This document shows, in pieces, positions 38,401-49,467 of a DNA stretch of 64,000 bases. Below the pieces are notes generated by a model. The model had not been told where the DNA came from and ran no database searches. It saw only the letters and a list, made by a program, of their open reading frames with translations. This DNA comes from Phoronis australis (lineage: Eukaryota; Animalia; Phoronida), in assembly GCA_002633005.1 (NCBI GenBank), contig NMRA01000187.1:216191-280190 (forward strand), given 5' to 3'. How positions within the stretch are numbered: position 1 is the stretch's first letter; every line of letters starts with the position of its first letter. The translations under genes and the position numbers were made by a program.

Positions 38401-41400
38401 CTCCTCATACTTTTTATTTAAAAATCACCAATTGTCTTAGATGTGTTAACACCAGTTTAGTGTTGCAGTAATTTTCATTCTAATGTAACTGCAGTACAAC
38501 ATGTGCATGTAATCAAATTGCCCATCACTTGTTTAGCAGCACAGTGTACATATTGCACTCTGTACACTAGCAACAGCGCTCAATTTTATTGTTTTGGGAT
38601 ACTTTTAGATATCTGCCAAGTGAATTTTTGGTGAGTTTTAATTTCTTTTGAGATGTGTTTGGCTGAAAATATCCACCTGTTAACATTTTGAGGTAAAAAA
38701 ATACAACCCAGTTTTAACACTTTACTTCTTACAAGAACGACCACCCATGATTTGAGTTTTCTTCTTAAGACCAAAACGCATCAATTTTTAATTTCAACTG
38801 TCATCCCCCCTTCTCATACATAATTTTGCTGGAACAGCCCTTAATAGAATTATGAATGAACCAATAAATACTTGATAACCTAAGATTAAAATATTCAAAC
38901 ATTCACACATTTTGATGAACATGTATTATATTTCAAAATAGATACAAAGCAATAAGAAAGTGTGAGAAGTGACAATGGGCACACAATGTGAAAAGGCTCT
39001 CACAGATTCCTTGGTGGTTAACCTTCCAACATCCAATGTTTAACGCAGTGTTTACAATCAACAAGTTGAAACAAGACAAGTGATGGTACTCAGATATCAA
39101 AGCATCGCCAACACACACAATGCAAAAGATAGACAAGTCAACAATCAGTCAGTTTGAGCAATATTCTGTAAACTTTATAAAAAGCACAGCATAATGTATA
39201 CATATTATTCACCTAAGTGACCCAATTTGTCATTTTTTCAAACTTCAGTACAATTGTAGTATCCAAAAGTTAATTTGCCCCAAAAGTTGGTCGTCAACAC
39301 AGCGCGAGGTCACAATGTGCCAACTCAGTCAAGCTAGTTCACAGGCCAATGGACTGGCGTGTCAAAAAGTACCAGGATGATCTAGTAGCATGGCTAAGAT
39401 AAACAGTAGTGATACTAGTGAGAGGCAGCATACTGCAGAGGGACCCTGTAAAAAGACGGCAATAGGTGACGGAAACAATTCCTGGCCACGAAGGGATACC
39501 ATTCCCATTTTGTGAAGCCAGGGAATGGAAAAAAGAGGATAACGAGACTGGCAACTGAGCAAGATTGGAAATGAAACTTGAAGTTTAAATGGAGCCGAAT
39601 GTCTTGGCACTTTGGTGAGTTAACCCTAGCTAGACTACCTTGTTGCATTGTAAGTGTTAGGCATTGTTGTATACCATAACCCAGCGTGTTAAACCACCGC
39701 ACCACCTCATATCTACCACTGAAAACCTTTTCGCATTGCGTTACTGACAGATGGCCAGTGCAGTGCTGCGAGGGCGCCAGGAATTGCTTCACTGCACAAT
39801 ACTTACGATCGTTATCTGTGGCTAACTTTTTGGCATCGGGACCACCAGCTGAAAATTGGAGAAGAGAATTAAATTAGAGAGCACAGTGGCTCACAGAGGC
39901 TACAGTATATAGTGAGTTACTAACTCTAGCTATATCTCACTTATCTTCTTACTAACAAGTCACCTAACCAAACCTGCAGACCCACAGACACTGGCCAGTA
40001 TATCCCTTCTTTGTTTCACCAACAGATGTCCATGGTGTCTCCATGTGAGGTGGGTATTACCATTAGCGCAATGCATATACTTACATGAGAAGGACCAGCC
40101 CCCATGACAGTGCAACCAACCTTTTCTAGATGGAAACACAGGTGCTGGGCAACCGTTGTACGCATAGCCACATGATCAGGCGCCTGGCAACCGTTGAACG
40201 CATAGCAACATGACACTGTCCAGGTAATGGAGTCGTGACAGCAAGACACAAGAAACGATTGGCACAAAACAAATCAATGCATAAAACAGTAGAAAAAGAA
40301 AACACAAGGTGGAACAAAAGAGGCGATCCTGGTGAAGACGGGTGTTGTCCGTGTAGCACATGGCCAACTGTGTGGTCTAGGGAACAAAACTGGTTAATAG
40401 AGAAGACAAGAACCGCAGTAAACAATGGATGATTCGAAGGTAACCAAGAAAACGAGCGACCCATTCAACAATCGGTGGAAAAAACATGGGCAATAACTCA
40501 GACACGGTCTGTTTCTGATGTGCCGAAACAGATGAACGAGTACATATGTGTGTACAGTATAACTATCTTTGTTGTACGAGTAGTTATGACAACTGAGGAA
40601 CAACAAACAAACAAACAAACAAACAAACAAACAAAAGAACAGTCCAACATTGGAGACAACATCACCAACAAAGAGAGCCATCACACCAGGGCTGAGTCCA
40701 AGCCAAGTGCTCTGCTAAAGATCTCTGGCCATCTGTAAATGAACCACAGCAGAAAGCAAGCAACATCCGGGCAGTAGACAACTGCAAAGTCACTTAAAGA
40801 GTCGGGCAGACACTATACAGTAACAATAAGCGCCCCCTGTTTCTGGTCAAGACATGGAGAGCATTGAACAAAGATGACTCACCTTCTTGGTCAGGTTGTC
40901 CGCTGCCCCACGGGTACTCACCAGCATCACTACTATCCCAAGTGCGCTTCATTCCTGCACCAGTGTCTCCACCTGCAGTTGGCGGTTTCATTCTAGCCGC
41001 AATCTGAAACAAGTTATTGGACTATTAGTGATCATTTTACAAGGGTTCATTTTCACTAGCGATCATTTTCACTAGCGATCATTTCCACCAGATTTTTGCA
41101 TGGTCGTTCGTTTTCCATCACAAATAGGTGTGTAGCAGTCAATTTGGGCATAATGTATAAGTGGTGGGGCTCTGATGTTTACACGCAGTGTAATCCCAGT
41201 CGTCTGTGCATATTTCTTGTGTTGGTAACTGTAGCTCTGATGATATGATAATCTTCAGAACAGCACTTTGGGATCACCAAAAACAGTGCACTAATCATTC
41301 AATCTGTAATATATCTCTGGTATGTTATTTAGCCGTTTTAGTAAATTTACAGTGTTTTAAGTAAAAAAGCTCACTATATGAGAGCTGTTTTGTAAATTTA

Positions 41401-44400
41401 GATGTTAAAGTCTTGTTCTACACATTTTTGCAAAAAACCTCACCTTGTATGGTGGTGGTGGGGGGGGGGGGGNNNNGGGGGGGGGGGGTCACTACCAGTG
41501 AATGGTGATGGGGGTAACACGTCATTGGAGTCATGCACGTGCCGTTCCGACACGTTTGTTGTAGTTTTTTTCACGTGCGACCCGTTTAGTTTTGTCAGAT
41601 GTGGAGAATACTGCTTGCATGGAAAAAATTCCAATTCACAACAAGGACTAACAACATGCTCTACCTTTGGTGCACACTGGGATATACTTAAGCCACTTGC
41701 ACAGTCACTAATGTGAAGAAAAATGGTGCTGGACAAGTAGAAGTTGATTTGCCGGTCGCCCAGGTGGCGTGCAAATTGTCAGTGCGCAAAAGCACGAAAT
41801 CGTTTTAAAGATGAACATGAATAAACTTTCTCCTCCTGGTGCTGTTTTTATAATGAATTTGTGTGGGACCACTCAGTGTGGCCTTTTATTTAGTCCAATC
41901 TACAAAGCGCTTAAGACCTACTGATTCGGTAGGAGCACACTGCATCAATGGTTTTTAGTGCTGGAACATTGAGACGCCAACCAAACTGAACCATAAATAC
42001 ATAATAAAAACAGCACAGGGAGGAGAAAATTTATCAGTTTTCATCTGGGAAACAATAGTGTTATTTGTGTTCTGAAAATTCAATCACCACCTGGGCGACA
42101 TGCATGTGGACTTCTATGTGCACAGCATCATCTTTACAGCGATTGGTTAAGTATATCCCTGCATTAGCGATTGGTTAAGTATATCCCTGCATTAGCGATT
42201 GATTAAGTATATCCATGTTCTCGAAGAAATAAAAAAAAACAATATGCCCACTTTATTCGCAACTTCATGATTCGCACCCGCAGGAACCAGTTTCCACTAA
42301 ATAACTAATATTGACGTTACTCAGTGGAAACACAGGTGTCCTCAGCTACTGATCGTCCCCAATACACTATATATAGTAGGAAGGACAAACAAAAAGTAGG
42401 TCACTGTGCTCCATATCTGCCTCCATGTAAAACTCCCGGTAAATTACCCGACTTCAGACTTCAAAGTTAACTATAAGACAATTTTGTGTTATAAATCTTT
42501 ACCTTTGTCTGTATTTGAAAGTTTGTGATCTTTTTGTCTCGACATATCGCTGATAAACCATTTTTGTAAGCTTTTTTTAGCACACGATTTTCCGCCATGC
42601 GACCAACTTTCGAAAAAAAGGTCTCCTGTTCCTCCTATTTAAAGGAGCACTATACTCTAGATTACAAACAGGAAATTTGGACAGGATGTAGTTTAGATGC
42701 GTTCGCATCTCCTCAAGTTCTTTTCTCAAAGTCAAAGTCAAGTTTTCATGGCGAGCTTTTGATCGTCCGGAAGGCATAATTTTGATCGGTTAGGAGATTG
42801 ATGACTTTGCAGTTGCGTAAGTTGCCCCGATTTTTAGACAGAATTTATCACTCTTTTAATTGGTAATTATTTCATTATCAGAAATTTTGCGCATTGGCAC
42901 TTTTCAAACAGCAGTCGTTAGTTCACTAAGTCGCCACATGTCAGTGCCACAACCGTCTACCTTGAAGTTCTATGTGCTGAAACTCTTGGGCAGATCCGGG
43001 ATTTTTAGACAGAACGAAGGGGCATGAGCAGAGTATTAGGATATCACCCGTAAGATATTTGCACTCCAGTTTTAGGGGGGCATTGGGCTGCCCCCCTTTG
43101 CCCCAAAATCCACCAACGTTATCTTGTGGTTTGTGGTTTGATGTGAAATTTCCTCTTAACTCAGATGTATTTATTTCTAAGCTGATGTATTGTCTATACT
43201 CTTTTCCTTTTAAGCTGTATTATCCATTGTAGATACAGCTGAGCCTGTTGCATGTGCTAAAAACACACTTAAACAGCAATATCACTGTAGAAATCGATCT
43301 AAATTTTTGTATCATACACACCACTATGTTCGTCTCAATGAGACGAATCTTTTGATATGTAGCACATGTATATTCTTTTATTTTTTAGAGAATCATGCAA
43401 AAAGGCAGACATTTTACGCATAATCTTCGCGTTTCAACGGCCATTTTCTAATTTTTGCATAATTTCATTTCTCACACCAAGGGTTTTCCAAAAATGTATG
43501 ACCCATGGGCATTGTAAAAAAAAAATAAATAAACTTTATCCTCCCTATATACTACAAGGCAAGACACTCCAGACTAGAAATTCCACGGGTGGTTCAACAA
43601 ACCATGAGGAATTGTTCGGCACTAGTTGGATATAATGCACCCTAACTTATTCCAAATAAATCCACTAAATGTAGGTCTCCGGGCTTGGAATGACCAATGA
43701 CAAAAAACGCGGAAACTTTGAAACTTTTACGGCCCAAATCATGCCCGATAACCAGCCTTGAAATGGTCAGTGTGAACCTTTCCCCACAAAAATCGGGAGG
43801 ACTAAAAAAAAACGTTACCACCATCAGTAGCATGCATCTGCGTCCTTTTAGCTCGCCCGTCCACTCCCAACCCACACATTTTTGGCTGCAGAGCGGTAGT
43901 ATTTGTCGCCGCGCTTAACAATAACACGAGACGCCATTGAATATCTCCCACCACGCTATCCCAGATGCCCCGGCAATGTTGACAATTTACGTTCCTCCGA
44001 AACATAAAGAGCAACTTACGCTTTTCGAGGTGAACGTCGTCTGCAACGCCGCGGTACGAAAAGAATTTGCCGCGGAAATTTTATATCAAATCCGATTTTT
44101 TACGCGGAGATATTGTAAAAATAGCGGAAAGCACATTTGAAAAAAGTGGAAATCCGTGTTTCTGCGGAAAATTCCAAGCCCTGAGGTCTAAATGAATTAT
44201 TTTGGTATAGTTGAATTCCTCAGACATCTGGCTATCTGTACAAATCCTTTTCATGGCCCTCAATTACTCTAGTCTATAACTACGCCATTCCGAAGTCGGT
44301 CCACTTTAGCTATGCGCATCGTGAAATCGGCACCCATTTCAGGGAACTTACTATATCTAGCGCCATCTATCGGCGATTTGCTACAACNTTTAGACCTACA

Positions 44401-47223
44401 TTTAGTGCATTTATTTAGACCTACATTTAGTGCATTTATTTAGACCTACATTTAGTGGATTTATTTAGACCTACATTTAGTGCATTTATTTAGACCTACA
44501 TTTAGTGGATTTATTTAGACCTACATTTAGTGCATTTATTTAGACCTACATTTAGTGGATTTATTTAGACCTACATTTAGTGCATTTATTTAGACCTACA
44601 TTTAGTGGATTTATTTAGACCTACATTTAGTGGATTTATTTAGACCTACATTTAGTGGATTTATTTAGACCTACATTTAGTGCATTTATTTAGACCTACA
44701 TTTAGTGGATTTATTTGGAATAAGTTGGGGTCCATTATATCCGACTAGTGCCGAAATTTTGTTTCTGCCAATACTATTTACCATGTCCTGCTCCACCGAG
44801 TTCGCAACAAATATTCTCAAAAAGTCGCTGCATACTAGCAATATGCTTCACACGGTCAAAGTCAAGTAAGGTACGGAATAATCCGATGAGTTATGAATCG
44901 ACGGCAATTGCCGGCACACCAAACCAATATGGCGGAAATTCAACAAGAGCAAACTTTGCCATTTTTCATGATTTTGACAAGGACATATCTGATAGGATAC
45001 TAAATGACATAAAATGAAAAGTGTGCCAACAAAATATTTGAACTTTTCCCTTTCTATTAAATTGGGGCAATGATGAATATTTTTAAGAATTAAAATAATG
45101 CAAGCACTTCGCAAATTTTTCACTTACAGCTAAATTTTGGTGATTTTAAGTGGGGGTCAGACTTTTTGCTGCAGGATGGCCGTTAGTGAACAGATTCCTA
45201 TGATTTTGATATCAAAGGATCCGTGAGAAATTTCTGCATTCAACCCTGAGTGTATACTTTTAATTTTTTTTTGAATAAAAATATAAGAGAAATTAATTTT
45301 TACACTTTGGCACTTCCTAACTTCCAGACCTGAAATGTTTTTATAAGTGTACACTTAATGTCATCATCAATTAATCAGTTAATAATGCATGGTCCATCCA
45401 GGAACACATCTAAAAAGGCAGGTGCAGTGTTTTTTTAAAGATCCATGTTGACCTCTTCAACGTTCAAGCTTACCTGGAACGTGACTGGTCAATTGTAGCT
45501 TGAGAAACCAGTAAATAATTTGTATGAAATACAATTTGGGGCAAATAAAGTTGCTTAAAATAATATTTCTAAAATTAAATTAGACTTCAAAAGTTAAGAT
45601 TGGACTAAGTTTTTAACATTTTATGAAAATATGTTCATTGTTAACACTTTCTCGCCTTAAATCACAGCGAAATCAAGGTGACAGTGCCTTTAATTTCTTT
45701 TGGAAGTGGAAGTTGACCCTTTTGGATGTTCCTAACTACAAAAAAGTTTCCCCTAGGATATTCTTCATGCTGTATAAAATCGATTTGAAATTACATAAAA
45801 TTTTAGGGTTCCGTTAAAATCTGTTTAATTAAAAATTTATCCATTTTTGTGGTATGTTATGTAGTTTATGATCACAGAAGCATATATTGGTTATAAGAAA
45901 AAAGAATATTTCAAATATAATACTCAGTGTTGAAATAAATGACGAAAAGCTTTGAAATGTCATAATTTCCACGTTTTGGCACTTTTTGCACGTATTTGCA
46001 ATCGAAACCTCATTTTTATCAATTTCTTTTAAAATTATTGCAACCTAAATGACTTTTCTGCTAACCATTAGCAATTTCTGATATGTTCTGATGTTTTCAA
46101 AGACATCATTATTTCAGATTTCAAATTATCCTTCAAGTTTTGTTCTGGGTTCAAAGGTACTCAGTCGCAAGCCAAAAAAAAGTCGACTGTGAATTTTGAA
46201 ATCTGGATTATTCCCTCACTTGTTAAATGCAACAGTTCATGACGTGCTTTTATTTTATTTTGTTTACCTGTATGGTAAGTATTAGTCATCTTGTTTTAGA
46301 GCAACAGTGGGCCACAGTTTTTCAATTACAGATCTTCAAACATGCCAACAAATTTGCCTTGAAATTTTCGATTGTTCGTTTGCTGAAAAAAAGCCCATTT
46401 TTGAGGGTCTAAATTTTAAATAACTCCAGAACCGTCCAACGGATTTAAAAAAAATCAAAAAGTAATGCAAATGGCAGTTCAAGATCTATCATTTGAAACC
46501 AAATTCATTTGTTTCTGTTGAAACTGGCATTTTGCTTTGCTCACCCTAGACTTATTGACGTCCGTGACAAACCGGCAACTTTTGTGCATCATATTGCTGG
46601 TATGCAGAGACTTTTTGGAAAGATTTTAGTGCTTTGACTGCAAATTTGTTGCGAACTCGGTGGACCAGGCCACTGTAAATGTAATTGGGAGAAAGAACAA
46701 TTCCTCATGGTTTGTTGAACCTGTATTGGGAACGATAAGAAGCTGAGGACGTCTGTGAGTGTGAGTGGAAACTGGTTCCGGCAGCCATTTTGAAGGGGGA
46801 CCCCGCTACTAGACTTTTACCGCGGCACTCTTCCTTTACATAATCAAAGACAAAGGTTCTAACAAAAATAGACCGCAGACGCATTCTGAAAAAATAAGAC
46901 ACACACACACACTAGTCTAACTTATATTGATATCTTGACCGAAACAACACCTGCTAATCAGGGGAAGTTAACGTCTTGAATTGAGTTTCGCCAAGCCCCG
47001 CACGCTTCGGCGGCAAGCACGAGGTGTCGAGGTCAACGGAGTAACCAATGGAAAATCATGAATTTTAAGGAGACAAAAATAAAAACACTGAAAACTTACA
47101 AAAAATTCAGATCTCTAATGCACAAGGATAAAAAATTACCTGTTTAGCCCTTGCTACGGCATCAGCAAAAGCATTAGGATCGTATTGATTTCCTTGCTGA
47201 ACGGGTTGATCCCAACCTGACAT
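20257..47223 (-). CDS. FUBP: Far upstream element-binding protein (FUBP/KHSRP/PSI family), 14 coding exons, ~633 aa
   Basis: Spliced reconstruction with GT-AG sites and matching phases. N-terminal AFADAVARAKQIAA motif, four KH domains (IGAGG, IGKGG, IGKKG, IGRGG), Gly/Pro-rich linker, Tyr-rich motifs (GWHAYY, DYSEAWAEYYR). Summed exons = 1902 nt. Confidence 0.95.
20811..20939 (-). CDS. FUBP: FUBP exon 13 (AKAQDPNNYAGWHAYYPQQQ...)
   Basis: DPN...W.AYY motif; ttcag| acceptor and T|gtaagc donor. Confidence 0.9.
20970..21497. repeat. 33-bp minisatellite (~16 copies)
   Basis: acacatccagtacacaaaccatcttcaacttgt repeated. Confidence 0.97.
22469..22618. repeat. 20-bp minisatellite next to a gap
   Basis: tgacatgaccttctcaacag x ~7. 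Confidence 0.95.
22771..23108 (+). mobile_element. 5'-truncated, diverged copy of the CAGGGCTTGGAAT MITE
   Basis: Aligns by eye to the right two-thirds of 24474-25004. Confidence 0.75.
23610..23793 (-). CDS. FUBP: FUBP exon 12, Gly/Pro-rich (NPPPQGGPGGPGG...PQGWGNMYPQWQ)
   Basis: PQGWGN.Y..WQ motif conserved in FUBP; phase 0->1. Confidence 0.93.
24474..25004 (+). mobile_element. ~0.5 kb hAT-like MITE, TIR CAGGGCTTGGAAT, 6-bp TSD aaccat
   Basis: TIRs at both ends, flanking direct repeat, multiple copies in the window. Confidence 0.85.
25241..25398 (-). CDS. FUBP: FUBP exon 11, KH4 (GGETIREIKVATGAHVELSKGPPPNAMEKTFIIRG)
   Basis: TGAHVEL and K.FIIRG are FUBP KH4 motifs. Confidence 0.95.
25615..25762 (-). 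CDS. FUBP: FUBP exon 10, RGG linker and KH4 start (VPADKCGLVIGR)
   Basis: VP..KCGLVIG motif; splice sites and phase fit. Confidence 0.95.
26833..26933 (-). CDS. FUBP: FUBP exon 9, KH3 C-terminal half
   Basis: ttacag| acceptor and GAG|gtaggt donor; phase 1->0, open frame. Confidence 0.9.
27231..27333 (-). CDS. FUBP: FUBP exon 8, KH3 (VEVPRSCVGIVIGKKGEMIRCIQEEFKCKIQFTD)
   Basis: VPR..VGIVIG..GEMI motif; G|gtgagt donor. Confidence 0.95.
27512..27651 (-). ncRNA. Intronic box H/ACA snoRNA, copy A (FUBP intron 7), SNORA6/SNORA62-like
   Basis: Hairpin GCACA..UGUGC, H box ACAGUA (27595-27590), hairpin UGGAAG..CUUCCA, ACA (27517-27515); pockets complementary to LSU rRNA. Confidence 0.88.
28187..28375 (-). 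CDS. FUBP: FUBP exon 7, KH2 (EQAGVKMVMIQD...DKPLEITG)
   Basis: AGVKMVMIQD and DKPL.ITG are FUBP signatures; 63 codons. Confidence 0.95.
29036..29165 (-). CDS. FUBP: FUBP exon 6, KH1 end / KH2 start (IPGNKVGLIIGKGGETIKNLQ)
   Basis: Canonical FUBP KH2 motif, phase 2->0. Confidence 0.96.
30740..30869 (-). CDS. FUBP: FUBP exon 5, KH1 (VIGAGGKQITQLSAQSKCKIQIAPDSGGTPNRSVTVTGPPECI)
   Basis: GXXG loop, canonical splice sites, phase 1->2. Confidence 0.95.
31207..31346 (-). ncRNA. Intronic box H/ACA snoRNA, copy B (FUBP intron 4)
   Basis: Near-identical paralog of copy A with identical boxes and guide sequences; H box 31290-31285, ACA 31212-31210. Confidence 0.87.
31632..32396. mobile_element. TIR element AGGGCTGTTCCAG...CTGGAACAGCCCT (PIF/Harbinger-like)
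   Basis: Inverted termini; second member at 37506-38841 and fragments near 33280-33505. Confidence 0.65.
33751..33926 (-). CDS. FUBP: FUBP exon 4 (QQAAQAAQEAAARIN...HFIPDRLVGL), start of KH1
   Basis: ttttgcag| acceptor and G|gtaagt donor; KH start motif IPDRLVGL. Confidence 0.92.
33943..34430. repeat. 15-bp degenerate minisatellite
   Basis: gacagtgaccagtgta-type units. Confidence 0.9.
35696..35747 (-). CDS. FUBP: FUBP exon 3 (AYGQVRVMADQQQQQQQ)
   Basis: tgtttcag| acceptor and AG|gtaag donor; phase 1->2 bridges exons 2 and 4. Confidence 0.8.
35767..36034. repeat. 39-bp minisatellite
   Basis: tacagtacagtatacaactaatagagttgatcacagtaa units. Confidence 0.9.
36035..36550 (+). mobile_element. 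Same MITE family, 6-bp TSD aataca
   Basis: TIRs and TSD; inserted at the edge of a 39-bp minisatellite. Confidence 0.85.
37506..38841. mobile_element. Second AGGGCTGTTCCAG-family element with internal insertion (gacagaca repeats)
   Basis: Same TIR; interior shares sequence with 31632-32396 in the opposite orientation. Confidence 0.6.
40922..41003 (-). CDS. FUBP: FUBP exon 2 (IAARMKPPTAGGDTGAGMKRTWDSSDA); alternative donor at 40883
   Basis: tttcag| acceptor, continues the QIAA motif, G|gtgagt donor, phase 1. Confidence 0.9.
41669..42190. mobile_element. Diverged foldback MITE
   Basis: Inverted blocks: gggatatacttaa/ttaagtatatccc, gtcgcccaggtgg/ccacctgggcgac, tctcctcc..gtgctgtttttat/ataaaaacagcac..ggaggaga. 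Confidence 0.6.
43679..44183 (+). mobile_element. Same MITE family, 6-bp TSD aggtct, nested in another TIR element
   Basis: TIRs and TSD. Confidence 0.85.
44389..44716. repeat. 25-bp tandem array (~13 copies)
   Basis: tttagacctacatttagtg(c/g)attta. Confidence 0.95.
44787..46669. mobile_element. ~1.9 kb non-autonomous TIR element
   Basis: cctgctccaccgagttcgcaacaaat ... atttgttgcgaactcggtggaccagg; AT-rich non-coding interior. Confidence 0.7.
47140..47223 (-). CDS. FUBP: FUBP coding exon 1 (MSGWDQPVQQGNQYDPNAFADAVARAKQ)
   Basis: CACCATG Kozak context, conserved AFADA..RA.Q motif, CAG|gtaatt donor, phase 0. Confidence 0.92.
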
Positions 47224-47227
47224 GGTG

Positions 47228-47280
47228 AAAATGGCGGCGTGTTTCGTTCCCTTTGTGAACTTCTGTGAATCTGATTGGTC
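47228..47280 (-). promoter_or_regulatory. FUBP proximal promoter/5'UTR: CCAAT box and YY1-type motif
   Basis: GACCAATCAG at 47280-47271 and GCCGCCATTTT at 47238-47228, just upstream of the ATG. Confidence 0.6.
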
Positions 47281-48689
47281 AATTTCTGAAGTAATCGATA
47301 ATGACTACCCAAGACAATATTTCTAACCAAAAGAATTCTCATAATACAAGAATTTAAAACAAATTGAACTACTGTAACGAGCAAAATTTTGTTTGTTGTT
47401 TTTTAATGTCAAATACTTTTCGCCTCATCTTGATTAACGAGCCTGTATTTTTTACAAAAGGTTTCTATTTGACCTATTGACCTACATATTTTCGTTCACA
47501 CGAGTTACAATCGCGACTGCTCAATGTCTTGGATTTGCTGCGGAAGGCCTTTGATCTCAGTCCTCAAACGTTGCAACCACAGCGCCAATTGCCGATATTT
47601 CACTTCGGTCTTGCAGTTAACGCAGAAGAGGAACTTGTCACTGGTGAATTTCATTTGACATTACTTGGACATTGTATCATCAGAATTCAGTCCTGATCAA
47701 GTGACTATCATCCGATTATCAGTCGCTACTCAGCATTCAGGAGATTGGAATTGGCATTGATTGATAAATGGCCATTTTGGGGCTTTGGGCCTGGTAGTGG
47801 GTATTCATCGCACACTAGCCTTGGGTAATTGTTAGCCTTGGTACAAAGCTGTATATAAATATACAGCTTTGCACCGATGTGGGTAGCCTTGGTGGCTTGG
47901 TACAAAGCTGTATATTTATAATACAGCTGTATTATAAATATACAGCTTAGCAGTAGCACCGATGCGGGTAAAAAAGTGGTAAGATAAAATCTGACACAAA
48001 ATTAGCGTCATTAAAAACTACAGTCTTCCTTGAGTAATTTAAATTATTTAACGGTGTTGGCAAAAATGGCGTTCTACCGTTATTCTGCTACTAAAGTTGT
48101 GGAGCGATCTTTTGCGACTGCTTTCGGTGCCATGAAATTTTGCGTCACCTATTGGCCAGTTTCTTTTTTCGCCGATTCTTCAATCAACTGTTGTTCTTTC
48201 ACGAGCTTACGTAAACGTCACAACAAATTATCAGAACTGGTTTCACTTCATAAAGTAAGTTTTTAGAATTTTGATACCGAAGAATCGAATTTCAGAAGAA
48301 ATTTTGCTGCTCCCAAGCTCTATCATCATCACCCGAGAGATGTCGAAAAATTTAGGAAATGACGCGTGCGTGTGACACGAGCGTACTGTTTTCAAAACCA
48401 CAAAATACTTTTCATTGTTAGAATAGGCGGAGAGTTGCGCAAGAAAATGACGTTTATTGCATTGTGGCACTTAAACGGCTGTAACGGGAAAGGTGAGTGT
48501 CGGTTGACTCCAAGATTTTGCATGCACACCGTCCGATTTTTAGCTTTACATGTTGATACAAGTTTCACGGCGTGGTGACTAGCAGAACTACCCAGGCTGT
48601 GTGCAATTTCGGGGTCTACGGAAGAAATACACATAGTGGGACCGAGCTGTATTTTGATGACAGTCTTCATACAGCTAGCTGGCTGGCTA

Positions 48690-49467
48690 GGTAATTGTTT
48701 ACAATATGACGACAATCACTTAGACATATGATTTTGGTTTGATTCCTCGCAATATTATCTTTCCAAATATACACAGAAATTTCTCCTACCCCGTTCCCTT
48801 AGTATTTTATCGTGAAATTTCTTCTAGCACTATTTCCTGGTAAGCGGTAGTAATACCCCCATGTTGAATGGAAGGAGTCACCTGGCAGTCAGGAACGTAA
48901 CCAATTTACCGACTTGCAGACAGTCGCTTTTCATAAGTTCAAATTCACCGAGACCCGTCAATCCCCTGCCCGAGTTAAGGAATCAAGGATTCGAATTCGA
49001 TCCTATGGTGACCCTGATATACGCACCTGCTAGCAAGAATCCGCCAAAACAGCGGAGGTTGTTTTTGAGGTCCAAATTTGTGAAAAGAGTACCACTTCAG
49101 ACAATTTTTTGGAAAAATGGTCACAATTTTAAAAAAATGGAAAACTTAAAATGCTTCTACTTGTTCGTCAATATTTATTATGTCAGGAAAACTTTAGCGG
49201 GAATCTCGCGCAGGCAAACACCATTCAGAAATTTAGAATCAATGATGCTGTTTCATTCATTAACAGTAGGTGTCGCTGTAATCTTGTGTTGAGCTGACAT
49301 GGCGGTGTCCACCGGGAAATAGTGCCAACTGAAATTCGATGATAAAATATGGAGGAAACGCAGTAGGGGATCAATTCATATATTTTTGGAAAGATGACGG
49401 CGCGAGGAATCGAACGATACCAAAATCATATGTCTAAGTCATTGTCGTCATATTGTAAACAATTACC
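48690..49467. mobile_element. MITE with long (~85 bp) TIRs GGTAATTGTTTACAATATGACGACAAT, flanked by TA
   Basis: Inverted repeats 48690-48770 vs 49380-49467. Confidence 0.8.

Larger units (their letters stand above)
43617..44753. mobile_element. TIR element (GGCACTAGTYGGATATAATG...) containing a nested MITE and a 25-bp tandem array
   Basis: ~60-bp inverted repeats at 43617-43678 and 44692-44753. Confidence 0.8.

Noticed and set aside
39415-39792. 125-aa intronic ORF
   Set aside because: No recognisable domain and no compatible splice structure
46705-46908. Alternative FUBP first exon (AAAATGGCTGCC)
   Set aside because: The ORF stops quickly with no suitable donor, and it lies beside a transposon end
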